Below are positions 41,862 through 51,045 of a stretch of DNA of 64,000 nt, piece after piece. Within the stretch, counting starts at the first letter, position 1. Each line of letters opens with the position of its first letter. Below the pieces are notes generated by a model, which made no database searches, was not told the origin of the DNA, and saw only the letters and a list, made by a program, of their open reading frames with translations. A program made the position numbers and the translations under genes. Origin of the DNA: Candidatus Omnitrophota bacterium. GTDB lineage: Bacteria > Omnitrophota > Gorgyraeia > Pluralincolimonadales > Pluralincolimonadaceae. The stretch covers positions 6,379 through 70,378 of the forward strand of contig JAQUPL010000005.1 in assembly GCA_028716565.1 (NCBI GenBank), read 5' to 3'.

Positions 41862-42239
41862 ATGCCGATGGGGATGGAAAGCCGCGCCGGCGCGCGCGTA
41901 AGCATAAACGCGACTCTCACGGTCGATGTGGATACGGGAGGGAAGGGGAATATCAGGTTCCTCCGCGAGCCACAGAAAGCCGTGATAGCAGATATAAGCG
42001 CCGTCGGCATCGGGGCGGTCTCCCCGATATTCATTCCCAAGGGCGCCGCGTTGACGATCGACATGGACGCCCCGGCATTCATGACCGAGAAACCCGCCAG
42101 GATAAAAGGCGAGGTATGTTATTGCCGTCCAGCGAAAGACGGCAAGTACCGGCTGGGCATAAAGTTCGTTGATATAGATAAGGCGTTCCTCGACAAGATA
42201 AAAGAATACGTCGAGAAGAACAAAGACAAGGCCGTTTAG
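41862..42239 (+). CDS. PilZ domain protein (c-di-GMP binding)
   Basis: RAGAR (RxxxR) and DISAVG (DxSxxG) motifs; RBS AAAAGGA; start 41862 instead of ORF-track 41706 which overlaps rnpB. Confidence 0.7.
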   Translation: MPMGMESRAGARVSINATLTVDVDTGGKGNIRFLREPQKAVIADISAVGIGAVSPIFIPKGAALTIDMDAPAFMTEKPARIKGEVCYCRPAKDGKYRLGIKFVDIDKAFLDKIKEYVEKNKDKAV

Positions 42240-42260
42240 GATATTTTATCCAGGGGTTAT

Positions 42261-43358
42261 ATGGATATAAAGACAATCTTCAGGTCGATGGTCGATACCG
42301 GGGCTTCCGATATCTTTCTCAAGGTCGGGAGCCCGATTAATTTCAGGATAGACGGCCTGCTTAAGCCCCAGGGCCAGGACCCCCTCGCCGAAAAAGATAT
42401 ACGCAAGATGATTGACGATGTATTGAATGAAGGCCAGAAGAAGGCCTTCGAGGACGATCGCGAGATAGATTTCGCGTTGAACGTTGATGGGATCGGCAGG
42501 TTCAGGGGCAGCGTATTCCACCAGGACGGGAAGCCTGGCGCGGTCTTCCGTTTTATCAAGGGCAAGATACTTTCGTTCGATGAATTGAACCTTCCCTCAA
42601 AAGTCCTGACGAAACTTTCGGTCGAGAAGCGCGGGTTGATCCTCGTGACCGGCGCCACCGGGAGCGGCAAGTCGACCACCATTGCGAGCATCATAGAATA
42701 TATCAACCAGAACCTTCCAAGCCATGTCGTCACCATCGAAGACCCGATCGAGTTCACGTTTGCCGACAAGAGATCGTTAGTAGAGCAGAGGGAGCTTGGC
42801 ATCGATACGCCGTCATATCTAGACGCGCTTAAACATGTCATGTACCAGAGCCCGGACGTCATATTTATAGGCAATATCCGCGACCAGGAGACGATGACCG
42901 CGGCGATGAACGCGGCCGAGACCGGGCAGCTGGTCGTATCGACGATACATTCGGTAAACGCGACCCAGACAGTCGAAAGAGTGGTCAATTTTTATCCGCC
43001 TTACCAGCACGAAGAGATAAGGATGCAGTTGTCGCTGCTCCTTAAGGGCATCATCGCGCAGAGGCTCATCCCTATCAAGGAAGGAAAGGGCAGGATCCCC
43101 GCCTGCGAGATAATGCTTCTTACCCCCACGATCTCCTCTCTCATAAGGGAAGGAAAGACGAACGAACTCCTGCAATATATCGAGGAGGGCAACCTCTTCG
43201 GGATGCAGACGTTCGACCAGTGCCTCGCCAGGTTCTGCCTCGAGAAGAAGATCTCCGTAGAGGACGCCAGGAGGTTCTGCGATTCCGAAGCTATCCTCGA
43301 GCTCGCCCTCAAAGGCATCAAACGCACCGAACGCGGCACCCCCTTTTCCGGACGCTAA
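42261..43358 (+). CDS. pilT: type IV pilus twitching-motility ATPase PilT
   Basis: MDIKTIF...ASDIFL N-terminus, Walker A GATGSGKST, PilT-family AIRNLIRE-like region SSLIREGK. Confidence 0.88.
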   Translation: MDIKTIFRSMVDTGASDIFLKVGSPINFRIDGLLKPQGQDPLAEKDIRKMIDDVLNEGQKKAFEDDREIDFALNVDGIGRFRGSVFHQDGKPGAVFRFIKGKILSFDELNLPSKVLTKLSVEKRGLILVTGATGSGKSTTIASIIEYINQNLPSHVVTIEDPIEFTFADKRSLVEQRELGIDTPSYLDALKHVMYQSPDVIFIGNIRDQETMTAAMNAAETGQLVVSTIHSVNATQTVERVVNFYPPYQHEEIRMQLSLLLKGIIAQRLIPIKEGKGRIPACEIMLLTPTISSLIREGKTNELLQYIEEGNLFGMQTFDQCLARFCLEKKISVEDARRFCDSEAILELALKGIKRTERGTPFSGR

Positions 43359-43423
43359 ATCCCACCAATTTAATCCAAAAATAATATTCCTTCATTAGCC
43401 ATTAGTCTGCCGCAAATTTTCCC

Positions 43424-43452
43424 TTGACAAGGGTGGAGGGAGGGTATATACT
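43424..43452 (+). promoter_or_regulatory. near-consensus promoter TTGACA-17bp-TATACT for dcw cluster (Pmra)
   Basis: TTGACA 43424-43429, TATACT 43447-43452; ~180-nt leader before mraZ ATG. Confidence 0.65.
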
Positions 43453-43461
43453 TTGTATCGT

Positions 43462-43490
43462 TAGGTGGAGTAAAGTGGTTCAAAGTGGAG
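43462..43490 (+). promoter_or_regulatory. MraZ operator: three direct repeats (TAGGTGG, AAAGTGG, AAAGTGG) at 10-bp periodicity just downstream of the promoter
   Basis: GTGG cores at 43465, 43475, 43485; matches the AAAGTGG-type, 10-nt spaced MraZ operator pattern described for other bacteria. Confidence 0.6.
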
Positions 43491-43637
43491 GATAAGGTTG
43501 TGGATTCCAAATTCGCCTTTGTCGGGGAGCCCTCGTGAGAGGGAAAGGCAAAGAGAAAAAGGTCCAGCCGGTCCTTTTTAAGATTTCGGGATCCACAACC
43601 TTTAATTTCTTTATAAGCGGTTACGGGGGGACGGCAG

Positions 43638-44087
43638 ATGTTCTACGGCGAATACGAACATACTATCGACAGGAAGGGGAGGATCATCATACCCTCCAAG
43701 TTCCGCGACGTGTTCAAGGAACAGTTCGCCGAGAAGTTCTACGTCACCCGCGGGCTCGACAAGTGCCTCTTCGTATTCACCGAGGAGGAGTGGAAGACCC
43801 AGGAACAAAAATTCAAATCGATGTCGTTCACAAAGGCGGTCTCGAGAACATTCAACCGCCTGTTTTTTTCGGGCGCGGCCGACATCACCTGCGACAAACA
43901 GGGGAGGATCCTTCTCCCGCAATACCTCAAAGAATATGCCGGGATAAAACGGGACGTCATGATAATCGGCGTCTCGAACAGGATAGAGATATGGTCGAAG
44001 GAGGAGTGGCGCAAGTACTACGAGGGCGCCGCGCCGTCGTTCGAAAAGACCGCTGAGAATTTGCTGGACTTGGAAGAGAAAGGCTAA
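43638..44087 (+). CDS. mraZ: division/cell wall cluster transcriptional regulator MraZ
   Basis: MFYGEYEHTIDRKGRIIIPSKFR and second DxxxR repeat half; 149 aa. Confidence 0.92.
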   Translation: MFYGEYEHTIDRKGRIIIPSKFRDVFKEQFAEKFYVTRGLDKCLFVFTEEEWKTQEQKFKSMSFTKAVSRTFNRLFFSGAADITCDKQGRILLPQYLKEYAGIKRDVMIIGVSNRIEIWSKEEWRKYYEGAAPSFEKTAENLLDLEEKG

Positions 44088-44090
44088 GCA

Positions 44091-44990
44091 ATTAGCGGGG
44101 AGATAATACATAAGCCCGTTCTTTTAAAAGAAGTTGTTGAGGCGCTCGCGCCGGCGCCGGGCAAGACGATAGTCGATTGCACGCTCGGGCTCGGCGGCCA
44201 TGCCGAGGCGATACTGGAAAAGATATTACCCGGCGGCAGGCTGGTCGGGATAGACCGGGACGGCGAAGCGCTTGAGATCGCCAAGGAGAGATTAAGGAGG
44301 TTCGGGGAGACGAACATCCTTTTAGTGCAGGGTAGTTTCGGTGAGTTGAAAGCGATCTTTGAAAAATCGAATATCGAAAGAGCCGACGGTTTCTTATTCG
44401 ATCTCGGCGTCTCTTCGATGCAGTTCGACAAGGCCGAAAGGGGATTCAGCTTCCGTTACGACGCTCCGCTGGATATGCGGATGGACAAGGGGGCTGAATT
44501 GACGGCGGAAGAAATGGTTAACAGCTACCCTGAAGCCGATCTGAGCCGGATCATATATGAGTACGGCGAGGAGCGGTTCAGCCGCAGGATAGTTAAAGCT
44601 ATCGTCGAACGGCGGAAGGAGGGCCGGATCGATACGACGGCCAAGCTTGTTGATGTCATCATGCGCGCTGTCCCGTATCAGGGCAAACACGGGAGGGTGC
44701 ACCCGGCGACGAGGACTTTCCAGGCGCTAAGGATAGCGGTCAATGACGAATTGAACATCCTCGGGAAGGCGCTGGATGACGCGATAGGGCTGCTGGTTTC
44801 CTCAGGAGTGATATGCGTCATTTCGTATCATTCGCTCGAGGACAGGATCGTAAAGAACAAGTTTAAAGAAGCCAAGGCGAATAAGGTTTTGGATATTCTT
44901 TACAAGAAGCCACTGACCCCCGGGGACGGGGAGATCGGGGAGAATCCGAGGTCGCGGAGCGCGAAGCTGCGGGCCGCGAGAAGGGTTTAG
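44091..44990 (+). CDS. rsmH: 16S rRNA (cytosine1402-N4)-methyltransferase RsmH; start codon non-canonical or uncertain
   Basis: conserved HKPVLLKEVVEAL...DCTLGLGGH begins at 44109 but no in-frame ATG/GTG/TTG upstream until 44325; candidates ATT 44091 or ATA 44103/44106; same frame as mraZ. Confidence 0.8.
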   Translation: MSGEIIHKPVLLKEVVEALAPAPGKTIVDCTLGLGGHAEAILEKILPGGRLVGIDRDGEALEIAKERLRRFGETNILLVQGSFGELKAIFEKSNIERADGFLFDLGVSSMQFDKAERGFSFRYDAPLDMRMDKGAELTAEEMVNSYPEADLSRIIYEYGEERFSRRIVKAIVERRKEGRIDTTAKLVDVIMRAVPYQGKHGRVHPATRTFQALRIAVNDELNILGKALDDAIGLLVSSGVICVISYHSLEDRIVKNKFKEAKANKVLDILYKKPLTPGDGEIGENPRSRSAKLRAARRV

Positions 44991-44998
44991 GGTTTTAG

Positions 44999-45388
44999 AT
45001 GAGCACATACAAATTTTTGTCGACAACAGTTATAGTGACCATGGTCGCGCTGGTGTATGTCTTCCAGCAAACGGCCCTGGTGCGCCTTAGCTACGATATA
45101 AAGGCCAAGGATAAGATGTATTCCGACCTCCTTGACCGCAGTAAGATATTGCTATATAATGTAAGGCAGCTGGAATCCCCGGCGAGGCTCGAGCGGACGC
45201 TGCTCGCGAAACAACAGATGAAGTTTGAGATCCCGTCCAGGGAACGCGTGATCCTCGTCTCGTCAGGGACAGGGGAGACCGGCGTGAAAGATATCACACG
45301 CACCGCGGGTTTCTTCGGAAAGATGCGCCAGACGGCCGCCAGCCTCTTCGCTTTAGGCCCGGAAGCGCAGGCAAATTTAGCTAAATAG
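44999..45388 (+). CDS. ftsL: cell division protein FtsL-like (small bitopic membrane protein)
   Basis: 129 aa, one TM (TTVIVTMVALVYVF) then coiled coil; position between rsmH and ftsI. Confidence 0.6.
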   Translation: MSTYKFLSTTVIVTMVALVYVFQQTALVRLSYDIKAKDKMYSDLLDRSKILLYNVRQLESPARLERTLLAKQQMKFEIPSRERVILVSSGTGETGVKDITRTAGFFGKMRQTAASLFALGPEAQANLAK

Positions 45389-45441
45389 TCGTAGTTTCTA
45401 CATACCCATAGTTTTCCGCCGAAAACAAGGGTAGGATACAA

Positions 45442-47169
45442 GTGTATACAAGAGCCCACAAGACCCGCCTCAACGCGGTATTTTCTTTTTTTATAATTTT
45501 ATTAAGCATTCTTTTAATCCGCGTTTTATACCTTCAACTCGCCAGGTCCTACAACCTCACTCTCCTAGCCAAAAAACAGCACACTGCGCTAATAGAACTC
45601 CAGCCTACCCGAGGCACTATCTTCGACAGGAACATGAGGCCGTTGGCCGTCTCGCTCAACATGGAATCTGTCTTCGCGGACAACAGGGTGATAGCGGATA
45701 AGAAGGCCGCTGCGAAAAAGCTCGCATCGGCGATGGGCCTGAGCGAGCAGTACGTCTACCAGCGGATAAACAGGGACAAGGGTTTCGTCTGGATCAAGCG
45801 CAAATTAAGCCCCGCCGAATCAGCCAGGGTAAAAGCGCTCAAGATAAAAGGCATAGATTTCCTGAAAGAGTCGAAGAGGGTATACCCCAACAATTCCCTC
45901 GCCAGCCAGATAGTCGGCTATGCCGGCACCGACAACAAAGGCCTCGAGGGGCTCGAACTCAAAAACGACGGGTACCTGAAAGGCTCGCCCGGATACAGGG
46001 CCACTTACAGGGACGCCCGCCGCCGCGAGATAGCGTCATTCGAATACGAATATTACCCCGCGGCAGACGGCCTCGACCTTGTCCTCACAATAGACGACAT
46101 AATACAGCATATCGCCGAGCGGGAGCTCGACTGGGCCGTTAAGAAATTCCACCCGATAGGCGCGTGCATAATCGTCATGGACCCTAATAACGGCGACATC
46201 CTCGCGATGTCGAGCAGACCCACCTACGACCTTAACGCTTTCCAGCGCGCAAGCGCGGAGAGCAGGCGCAACCGGGCCGTCACCGATATGTATGAGCCCG
46301 GTTCGATATTCAAGATAGTCACGGCATCGGCGGCGCTTGAGGAGAAGAAGGTCGGCCTCAAGGACAGGTTCTTCTGCGAGAACGGCGCCTGGAGCCACGG
46401 CGGCGGAAAGGTGCTGCACGACCACACCGGGCACGGTTGGCTCACCTTCAGGGAGGTCATCGAGAAGTCATCCAACATCGGGACGGTCAAGGTAGCTTTA
46501 AAGCTCGGGGGGAATAACCTTTATACATACGTCAGGAAATTCGGGTTCGGCGATATGACCGGTATCGACCTGCCCGGCGAAGTCCCGGGATTCATACGCC
46601 CGCCTTCCAAATGGTCCGGTACGTCGATCTATGCTATTCCGATGGGCCAGGAGGTAAGCGTCTCCGCGTTACAGATGGGATGCGCCATCTCGGTCATCGC
46701 CAACGGCGGAAAGCTCGTGAAGCCGCGCGTGATCCAGGCGATACAGGACAAGCACGGCGAGATAATAAAAGAATTTCCTACGGTCGTCGTAAGGGAGACG
46801 CTCTCGGAGGGCACGGCCGCGACGATGAGGGATATATTAAGCGGCGTCGTAGCCGACGGGACCGGCAAGCTCGCGCAAGTAGAGGGTTATGATGTCGCCG
46901 GAAAGACCGGGACCTCCCAGAAGATCGAGAACGGCGCATATTCCCATTCGAAATTCATAGGCTCATTCGTCGGGTTCGCCCCGGTAAAAGACCCGAAGAT
47001 CGTGGTCGTTGTGATGCTCGACCAGCCGCATCCGCAGTATTACGGAGGCGTGGTCGCCGCGCCGGTCTTCAGCAAGGTCGTGAAAGACACTTTAAGGTAT
47101 ATGGAGATAAAGCCGCAGAACATAACCGAAGTCAAGAGGCCGGTTGAACTCCAGAGTGTAGAGGATTGA
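45442..47169 (+). CDS. ftsI: peptidoglycan D,D-transpeptidase FtsI (class B PBP)
   Basis: SIFK, SSN, KTG(T) motifs; N-terminal TM; dimerisation domain. Confidence 0.9.
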   Translation: MYTRAHKTRLNAVFSFFIILLSILLIRVLYLQLARSYNLTLLAKKQHTALIELQPTRGTIFDRNMRPLAVSLNMESVFADNRVIADKKAAAKKLASAMGLSEQYVYQRINRDKGFVWIKRKLSPAESARVKALKIKGIDFLKESKRVYPNNSLASQIVGYAGTDNKGLEGLELKNDGYLKGSPGYRATYRDARRREIASFEYEYYPAADGLDLVLTIDDIIQHIAERELDWAVKKFHPIGACIIVMDPNNGDILAMSSRPTYDLNAFQRASAESRRNRAVTDMYEPGSIFKIVTASAALEEKKVGLKDRFFCENGAWSHGGGKVLHDHTGHGWLTFREVIEKSSNIGTVKVALKLGGNNLYTYVRKFGFGDMTGIDLPGEVPGFIRPPSKWSGTSIYAIPMGQEVSVSALQMGCAISVIANGGKLVKPRVIQAIQDKHGEIIKEFPTVVVRETLSEGTAATMRDILSGVVADGTGKLAQVEGYDVAGKTGTSQKIENGAYSHSKFIGSFVGFAPVKDPKIVVVVMLDQPHPQYYGGVVAAPVFSKVVKDTLRYMEIKPQNITEVKRPVELQSVED

Positions 47170-48635
47170 TGAAACTAAAAGACCTGTTAAAAGATGTGGA
47201 ATATAAGGTGCAGTCTGAGTTCCCGCGCGGCCTCGATATCGATATTAAAGGGGTCTCCAGCGATTCCAAGACTATAGGGAAAGACTGCCTTTTTATCGCG
47301 GTCTCCGGCACGAACTTCGACGGCCATAAGTTCGCGAATGAGGCCGCTGACAAAGGCGCCTCTGCCGTCGTCCTGGAAAAAGATACGGCGCTTCCCGAGG
47401 GTGTCGCGAGGATATTCGTAAGGGATTCGAGGGCCGCGGCGCCGAAGATAGCCAATAATTTCTTCGGCAGGCCTATCGAGAAACTGACCTGCATCGGGAT
47501 AACCGGCACAAACGGCAAGACGACGATATCGTATCTGATGGATTCCATCGTTTCGGCCGCGGGCCACAAGGCCGGCATCATAGGGACTATAAGTTACAGG
47601 ATAGGAAAGCGCCTCATACCCGCGACGAACACAACGCCCGGGCCTGTCGAACTCTACGGTTTCATGGGCGAGATGGCAAGGAACGGCAGCGATCACCTCG
47701 TGATGGAGGTCTCGTCGCACGCCCTCGACCAGAACAGGGTAGGCGGCATAGATTTCTCCGCGGCTATATTCACTAACCTTACCGGAGACCACCTTGATTA
47801 CCATAAGACGTTCGACGGATATTTCAGGGCGAAGTCCCGCCTCTTTGAAGGGCTTAAGGACTGCGCGTATGCCGTGATAAACATAGACGATGAGTGGGGC
47901 AAAAAACTGGTCAAGGTCTCAAAAGGGAAGGTCGTGACATACGGGACGAAACTCGTCGCCGATTATCTCGCTTCCGATATAAAGCTTTCGCTGGACGGGA
48001 CGAGGTTCGCGGTCAATTCGCCGAAAGGGGACCTGAAGGTGGATTCGAAACTTATCGGCCTGCACAACGTCTATAATATGACCGCCGCTGCCGCCTGCGG
48101 CATGAGCCTCGGTTTTTCCTCCGGCGAGGTAAAGCGTGGGTTAGAGAACCTCACGACCATCCCTGGCAGGCTCGAGCCGGTCGACTGCGGCCAGCCTTTC
48201 AAGATATTTGTGGATTACGCGCATACGGACGATGCGTTATTCAATGTCCTCTCCGCGTTAAAACCCCTTATCGGCAAGAAGATAATCGTGGTATTCGGCT
48301 GCGGCGGGGACCGCGACAGGACGAAACGCCCGCGGATGGGTAAGGTGGCGAGCGAGATGGCGGATCTCGTCATCGTGACATCCGATAACCCGCGCAGCGA
48401 AGAGCCGGAGGCGATAATTGCCGAGATAACCGCCGGGATATCAAAGAAGAATTACAAAGCGGTAACGGACAGGTCGAAAGCCATAGAGGAGGCGCTTTCC
48501 GCGGCAAGGGAAGGGGATTGCGTCCTTATAGCCGGCAAAGGCCATGAGACTTACCAGGTATTGAAGAATACGACCGTGGCGTTCGATGACAGGGAGATCG
48601 CGAAAAAGATTTGTATAACACAAAAGATATCTTAG
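47166..48635 (+). CDS. murE: UDP-N-acetylmuramoyl-L-alanyl-D-glutamate--2,6-diaminopimelate ligase
   Basis: GITGTNGKTT, DNPR motif near C-term (meso-DAP specificity region). Confidence 0.88.
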   Translation: MMKLKDLLKDVEYKVQSEFPRGLDIDIKGVSSDSKTIGKDCLFIAVSGTNFDGHKFANEAADKGASAVVLEKDTALPEGVARIFVRDSRAAAPKIANNFFGRPIEKLTCIGITGTNGKTTISYLMDSIVSAAGHKAGIIGTISYRIGKRLIPATNTTPGPVELYGFMGEMARNGSDHLVMEVSSHALDQNRVGGIDFSAAIFTNLTGDHLDYHKTFDGYFRAKSRLFEGLKDCAYAVINIDDEWGKKLVKVSKGKVVTYGTKLVADYLASDIKLSLDGTRFAVNSPKGDLKVDSKLIGLHNVYNMTAAAACGMSLGFSSGEVKRGLENLTTIPGRLEPVDCGQPFKIFVDYAHTDDALFNVLSALKPLIGKKIIVVFGCGGDRDRTKRPRMGKVASEMADLVIVTSDNPRSEEPEAIIAEITAGISKKNYKAVTDRSKAIEEALSAAREGDCVLIAGKGHETYQVLKNTTVAFDDREIAKKICITQKIS

Positions 48636-49981
48636 AGGCGACAGGCGGGCAATCGATGAACAGCGGCCATAAGGGCGTGTTTTCGCATATCTCGACCGAC
48701 ACGAGGAAGATAGAAAAGGGTTCGCTCTTCATAGCGGTAAAAGGGCCTAACTTTGACGGCCATGATTTCATAGGTGAAGCCGCCAGGAAGGGAGCCGCCG
48801 GGGCGGTGGTAAGCCGCGATGTGCCCTCCCCTGAAGCCGGTTTCTCGGTAATACTCGTAAAGGATACCGTCAAGGCGTTGGGCGGTATCGCGAAGTTCCA
48901 CCGCAGCAGGTTCGATATCCCGGTGATCGCGCTGACCGGCTCGAACGGGAAGACGACCACGAAGGATATGCTGGCGCTTATCCTGTCCGCCAAATACAAA
49001 GTCCTGAAGAACGAAGGGACGGAGAACAATTTCATCGGCGTCCCCCTTACGCTTCTGAAATTGAACGAGAGGGATGAGATAGCGGTGATAGAGCTGGGGA
49101 CGAACCACCCGGGGGAGATAGGATACCTGGCCGACATCATCCAGCCGAATTGCGGGATGATATTGAATGCGGGGCCGTCGCATCTGGAATTCTTCGGTTC
49201 GGTAGATAACGTCAGGAAGGAGAAGCTCGACCTTATAAAAAGGGTCGGAGAGGCCGGCTCGGCTGTGGTCAATGGTGATGACGAAATGCTCGTCATCACC
49301 ACCAGGAAGATGTGCGATGAGGTCGTGACCTTCGGTTTCAACGAGGATTGCGATTTCACGGCCGGGAACGTCCGGGAGAGCGGCTGCGGGATAAATTTCG
49401 CGCTCAACGATACGTATCTCGTAAAACTCAGGATGCTCGGCAGGCATAACGTCCAGAACGCGTCCGCTGCGATCGCAGCGGCCTCGTTATACGGGATAGA
49501 GACGAAGTCCGCGGTAAAGGCTCTTGAGGATTTCGCCCTGCCGAAGCTCAGGATGGAATACGGGAAATGCGAGGGTATAGATTTCATATTCGACTGTTAT
49601 AATTCCAACCCCGCTTCGTTGAATAGCGCCATCGTGACGCTGCGGGATATGGAGCCGTATAAGAGGAAGGTGCTCGTGGCCGGAGACATGCTCGAGCTGG
49701 GCGAAGCCGGGCCGGAGCTCCATCGCGAGGCCGGCAGGTTCGCGGCAAAGTCCAAGATAAACCTTTTAGTGAGTGTGGGCACGCTCTCCGGGTATATCCT
49801 GGAGGGCGCACAGGAGGAGGGCATCGGCGGTATGTCCCTCCTCCGTTTTGCCAATTCGGTAGAGGCCGCGAAGGCCTTGAAAAATATATTGAAACAAGGG
49901 GATCTGGTGCTGGTCAAAGGTTCGCGCGGCATGAAAATGGAGGAGATCAAAAAGTGTTTTACCACCTGCTCTACCCGCTGA
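48611..49981 (+). CDS. murF: UDP-N-acetylmuramoyl-tripeptide--D-alanyl-D-alanine ligase
   Basis: ISTDTRKI...LFIAVKG, ALTGSNGKTTTK Mur ligase P-loop. Confidence 0.88.
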   Translation: MYNTKDILEATGGQSMNSGHKGVFSHISTDTRKIEKGSLFIAVKGPNFDGHDFIGEAARKGAAGAVVSRDVPSPEAGFSVILVKDTVKALGGIAKFHRSRFDIPVIALTGSNGKTTTKDMLALILSAKYKVLKNEGTENNFIGVPLTLLKLNERDEIAVIELGTNHPGEIGYLADIIQPNCGMILNAGPSHLEFFGSVDNVRKEKLDLIKRVGEAGSAVVNGDDEMLVITTRKMCDEVVTFGFNEDCDFTAGNVRESGCGINFALNDTYLVKLRMLGRHNVQNASAAIAAASLYGIETKSAVKALEDFALPKLRMEYGKCEGIDFIFDCYNSNPASLNSAIVTLRDMEPYKRKVLVAGDMLELGEAGPELHREAGRFAAKSKINLLVSVGTLSGYILEGAQEEGIGGMSLLRFANSVEAAKALKNILKQGDLVLVKGSRGMKMEEIKKCFTTCSTR

Positions 49982-51045
49982 AAGACCTGTTCTTCGGTTT
50001 CAACGTATTCAAGTACATCACTTTCCGCGCCGCCGCCGCAGCTATCACCTCATTCCTCATCTGCATGGTAGTGGGGCCGTTCATCATCGAAAAGCTCCGC
50101 GAATTCAAGATAGGGCAGGTAGTCCGCACTCCTGACGACGCCAAGGGAATTTACGAGATGCATAAGAGCAAGGCCGGGACGCCGACAATGGGCGGGCTCC
50201 TGATAGTCACCGCCGTGGTCCTCTCGACGCTGCTCTGGGGCGACCTGACGAACAAGTACGTCCTCCTGTCGCTCGTGTCGATGATCTGGCTTTGCGTCGT
50301 CGGTTTCCTCGACGATTACCTTAAATTAAGGCTGATGAAGTCCAAGGGGCTTACCGCGAGGTCGAAGTTCATAGGCCAGATAATGCTCGGTTTCCTGATA
50401 GGGCTTTACGTATATTGTGACCCGCATATCAGCAAGAACCTCGATGTGCCGTTCCTGAAGAACGCGGCGGTAAACCTCGGCATATTCTATATATTGTTTA
50501 CCACGGTGGTCATAGTCGGCGCCTCGAACGCGGTCAACCTGACCGACGGGCTTGACGGGCTCGCGGTAGGCTGCACCGTGATAGTCGCGCTCACCTATAC
50601 CGTTTTTAGCTATATCACAGGCAACGCCAAGATAAGCGAATACCTTAATATCATGTTCATTCCCGGCGCCGGCGAATTGACCGTCTTCTGCGCGGCGATA
50701 CTCGGGGCCGGACTGGGTTTTCTCTGGTTCAATTCGTTCCCGGCGACGGTCTTCATGGGGGATACCGGCTCGCTGGCGCTCGGCGGGGCTATAGGCATCG
50801 TGGCGACGTTCACAAAGAAGGAACTGCTCCTCCTTGTCGTGGGAGGGATATTCGTATTTGAGGCGCTTTCGGTCATCCTCCAGGTCGCGTCGTTCAAACT
50901 GCTCAAGAAGAGGATATTCCTCATGGCGCCGATACACCATCATTTCCAGATGAAGGGGTGGTCGGAGACTAAAGTGGTCATAAGGTTCTGGATAATAGGT
51001 ATAATACTGGCGCTCTTTAGCCTCTCGACATTAAAACTTAGATGA
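49954..51045 (+). CDS. mraY: phospho-N-acetylmuramoyl-pentapeptide-transferase
   Basis: FNVFKYITFR N-terminus, NAVNLTDGLDGLA, 10-TM layout. Confidence 0.92.
   Translation: MFYHLLYPLKDLFFGFNVFKYITFRAAAAAITSFLICMVVGPFIIEKLREFKIGQVVRTPDDAKGIYEMHKSKAGTPTMGGLLIVTAVVLSTLLWGDLTNKYVLLSLVSMIWLCVVGFLDDYLKLRLMKSKGLTARSKFIGQIMLGFLIGLYVYCDPHISKNLDVPFLKNAAVNLGIFYILFTTVVIVGASNAVNLTDGLDGLAVGCTVIVALTYTVFSYITGNAKISEYLNIMFIPGAGELTVFCAAILGAGLGFLWFNSFPATVFMGDTGSLALGGAIGIVATFTKKELLLLVVGGIFVFEALSVILQVASFKLLKKRIFLMAPIHHHFQMKGWSETKVVIRFWIIGIILALFSLSTLKLR

Noticed and set aside
41386-42082. minus-strand ORFs 41386-41610 and 41477-42082 and + ORF start 41706
   Set aside because: They overlap the RNase P RNA gene, so the open frames are a by-product of structured GC-rich RNA. 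The PilZ CDS was started at ATG 41862 after the rnpB 3' end.
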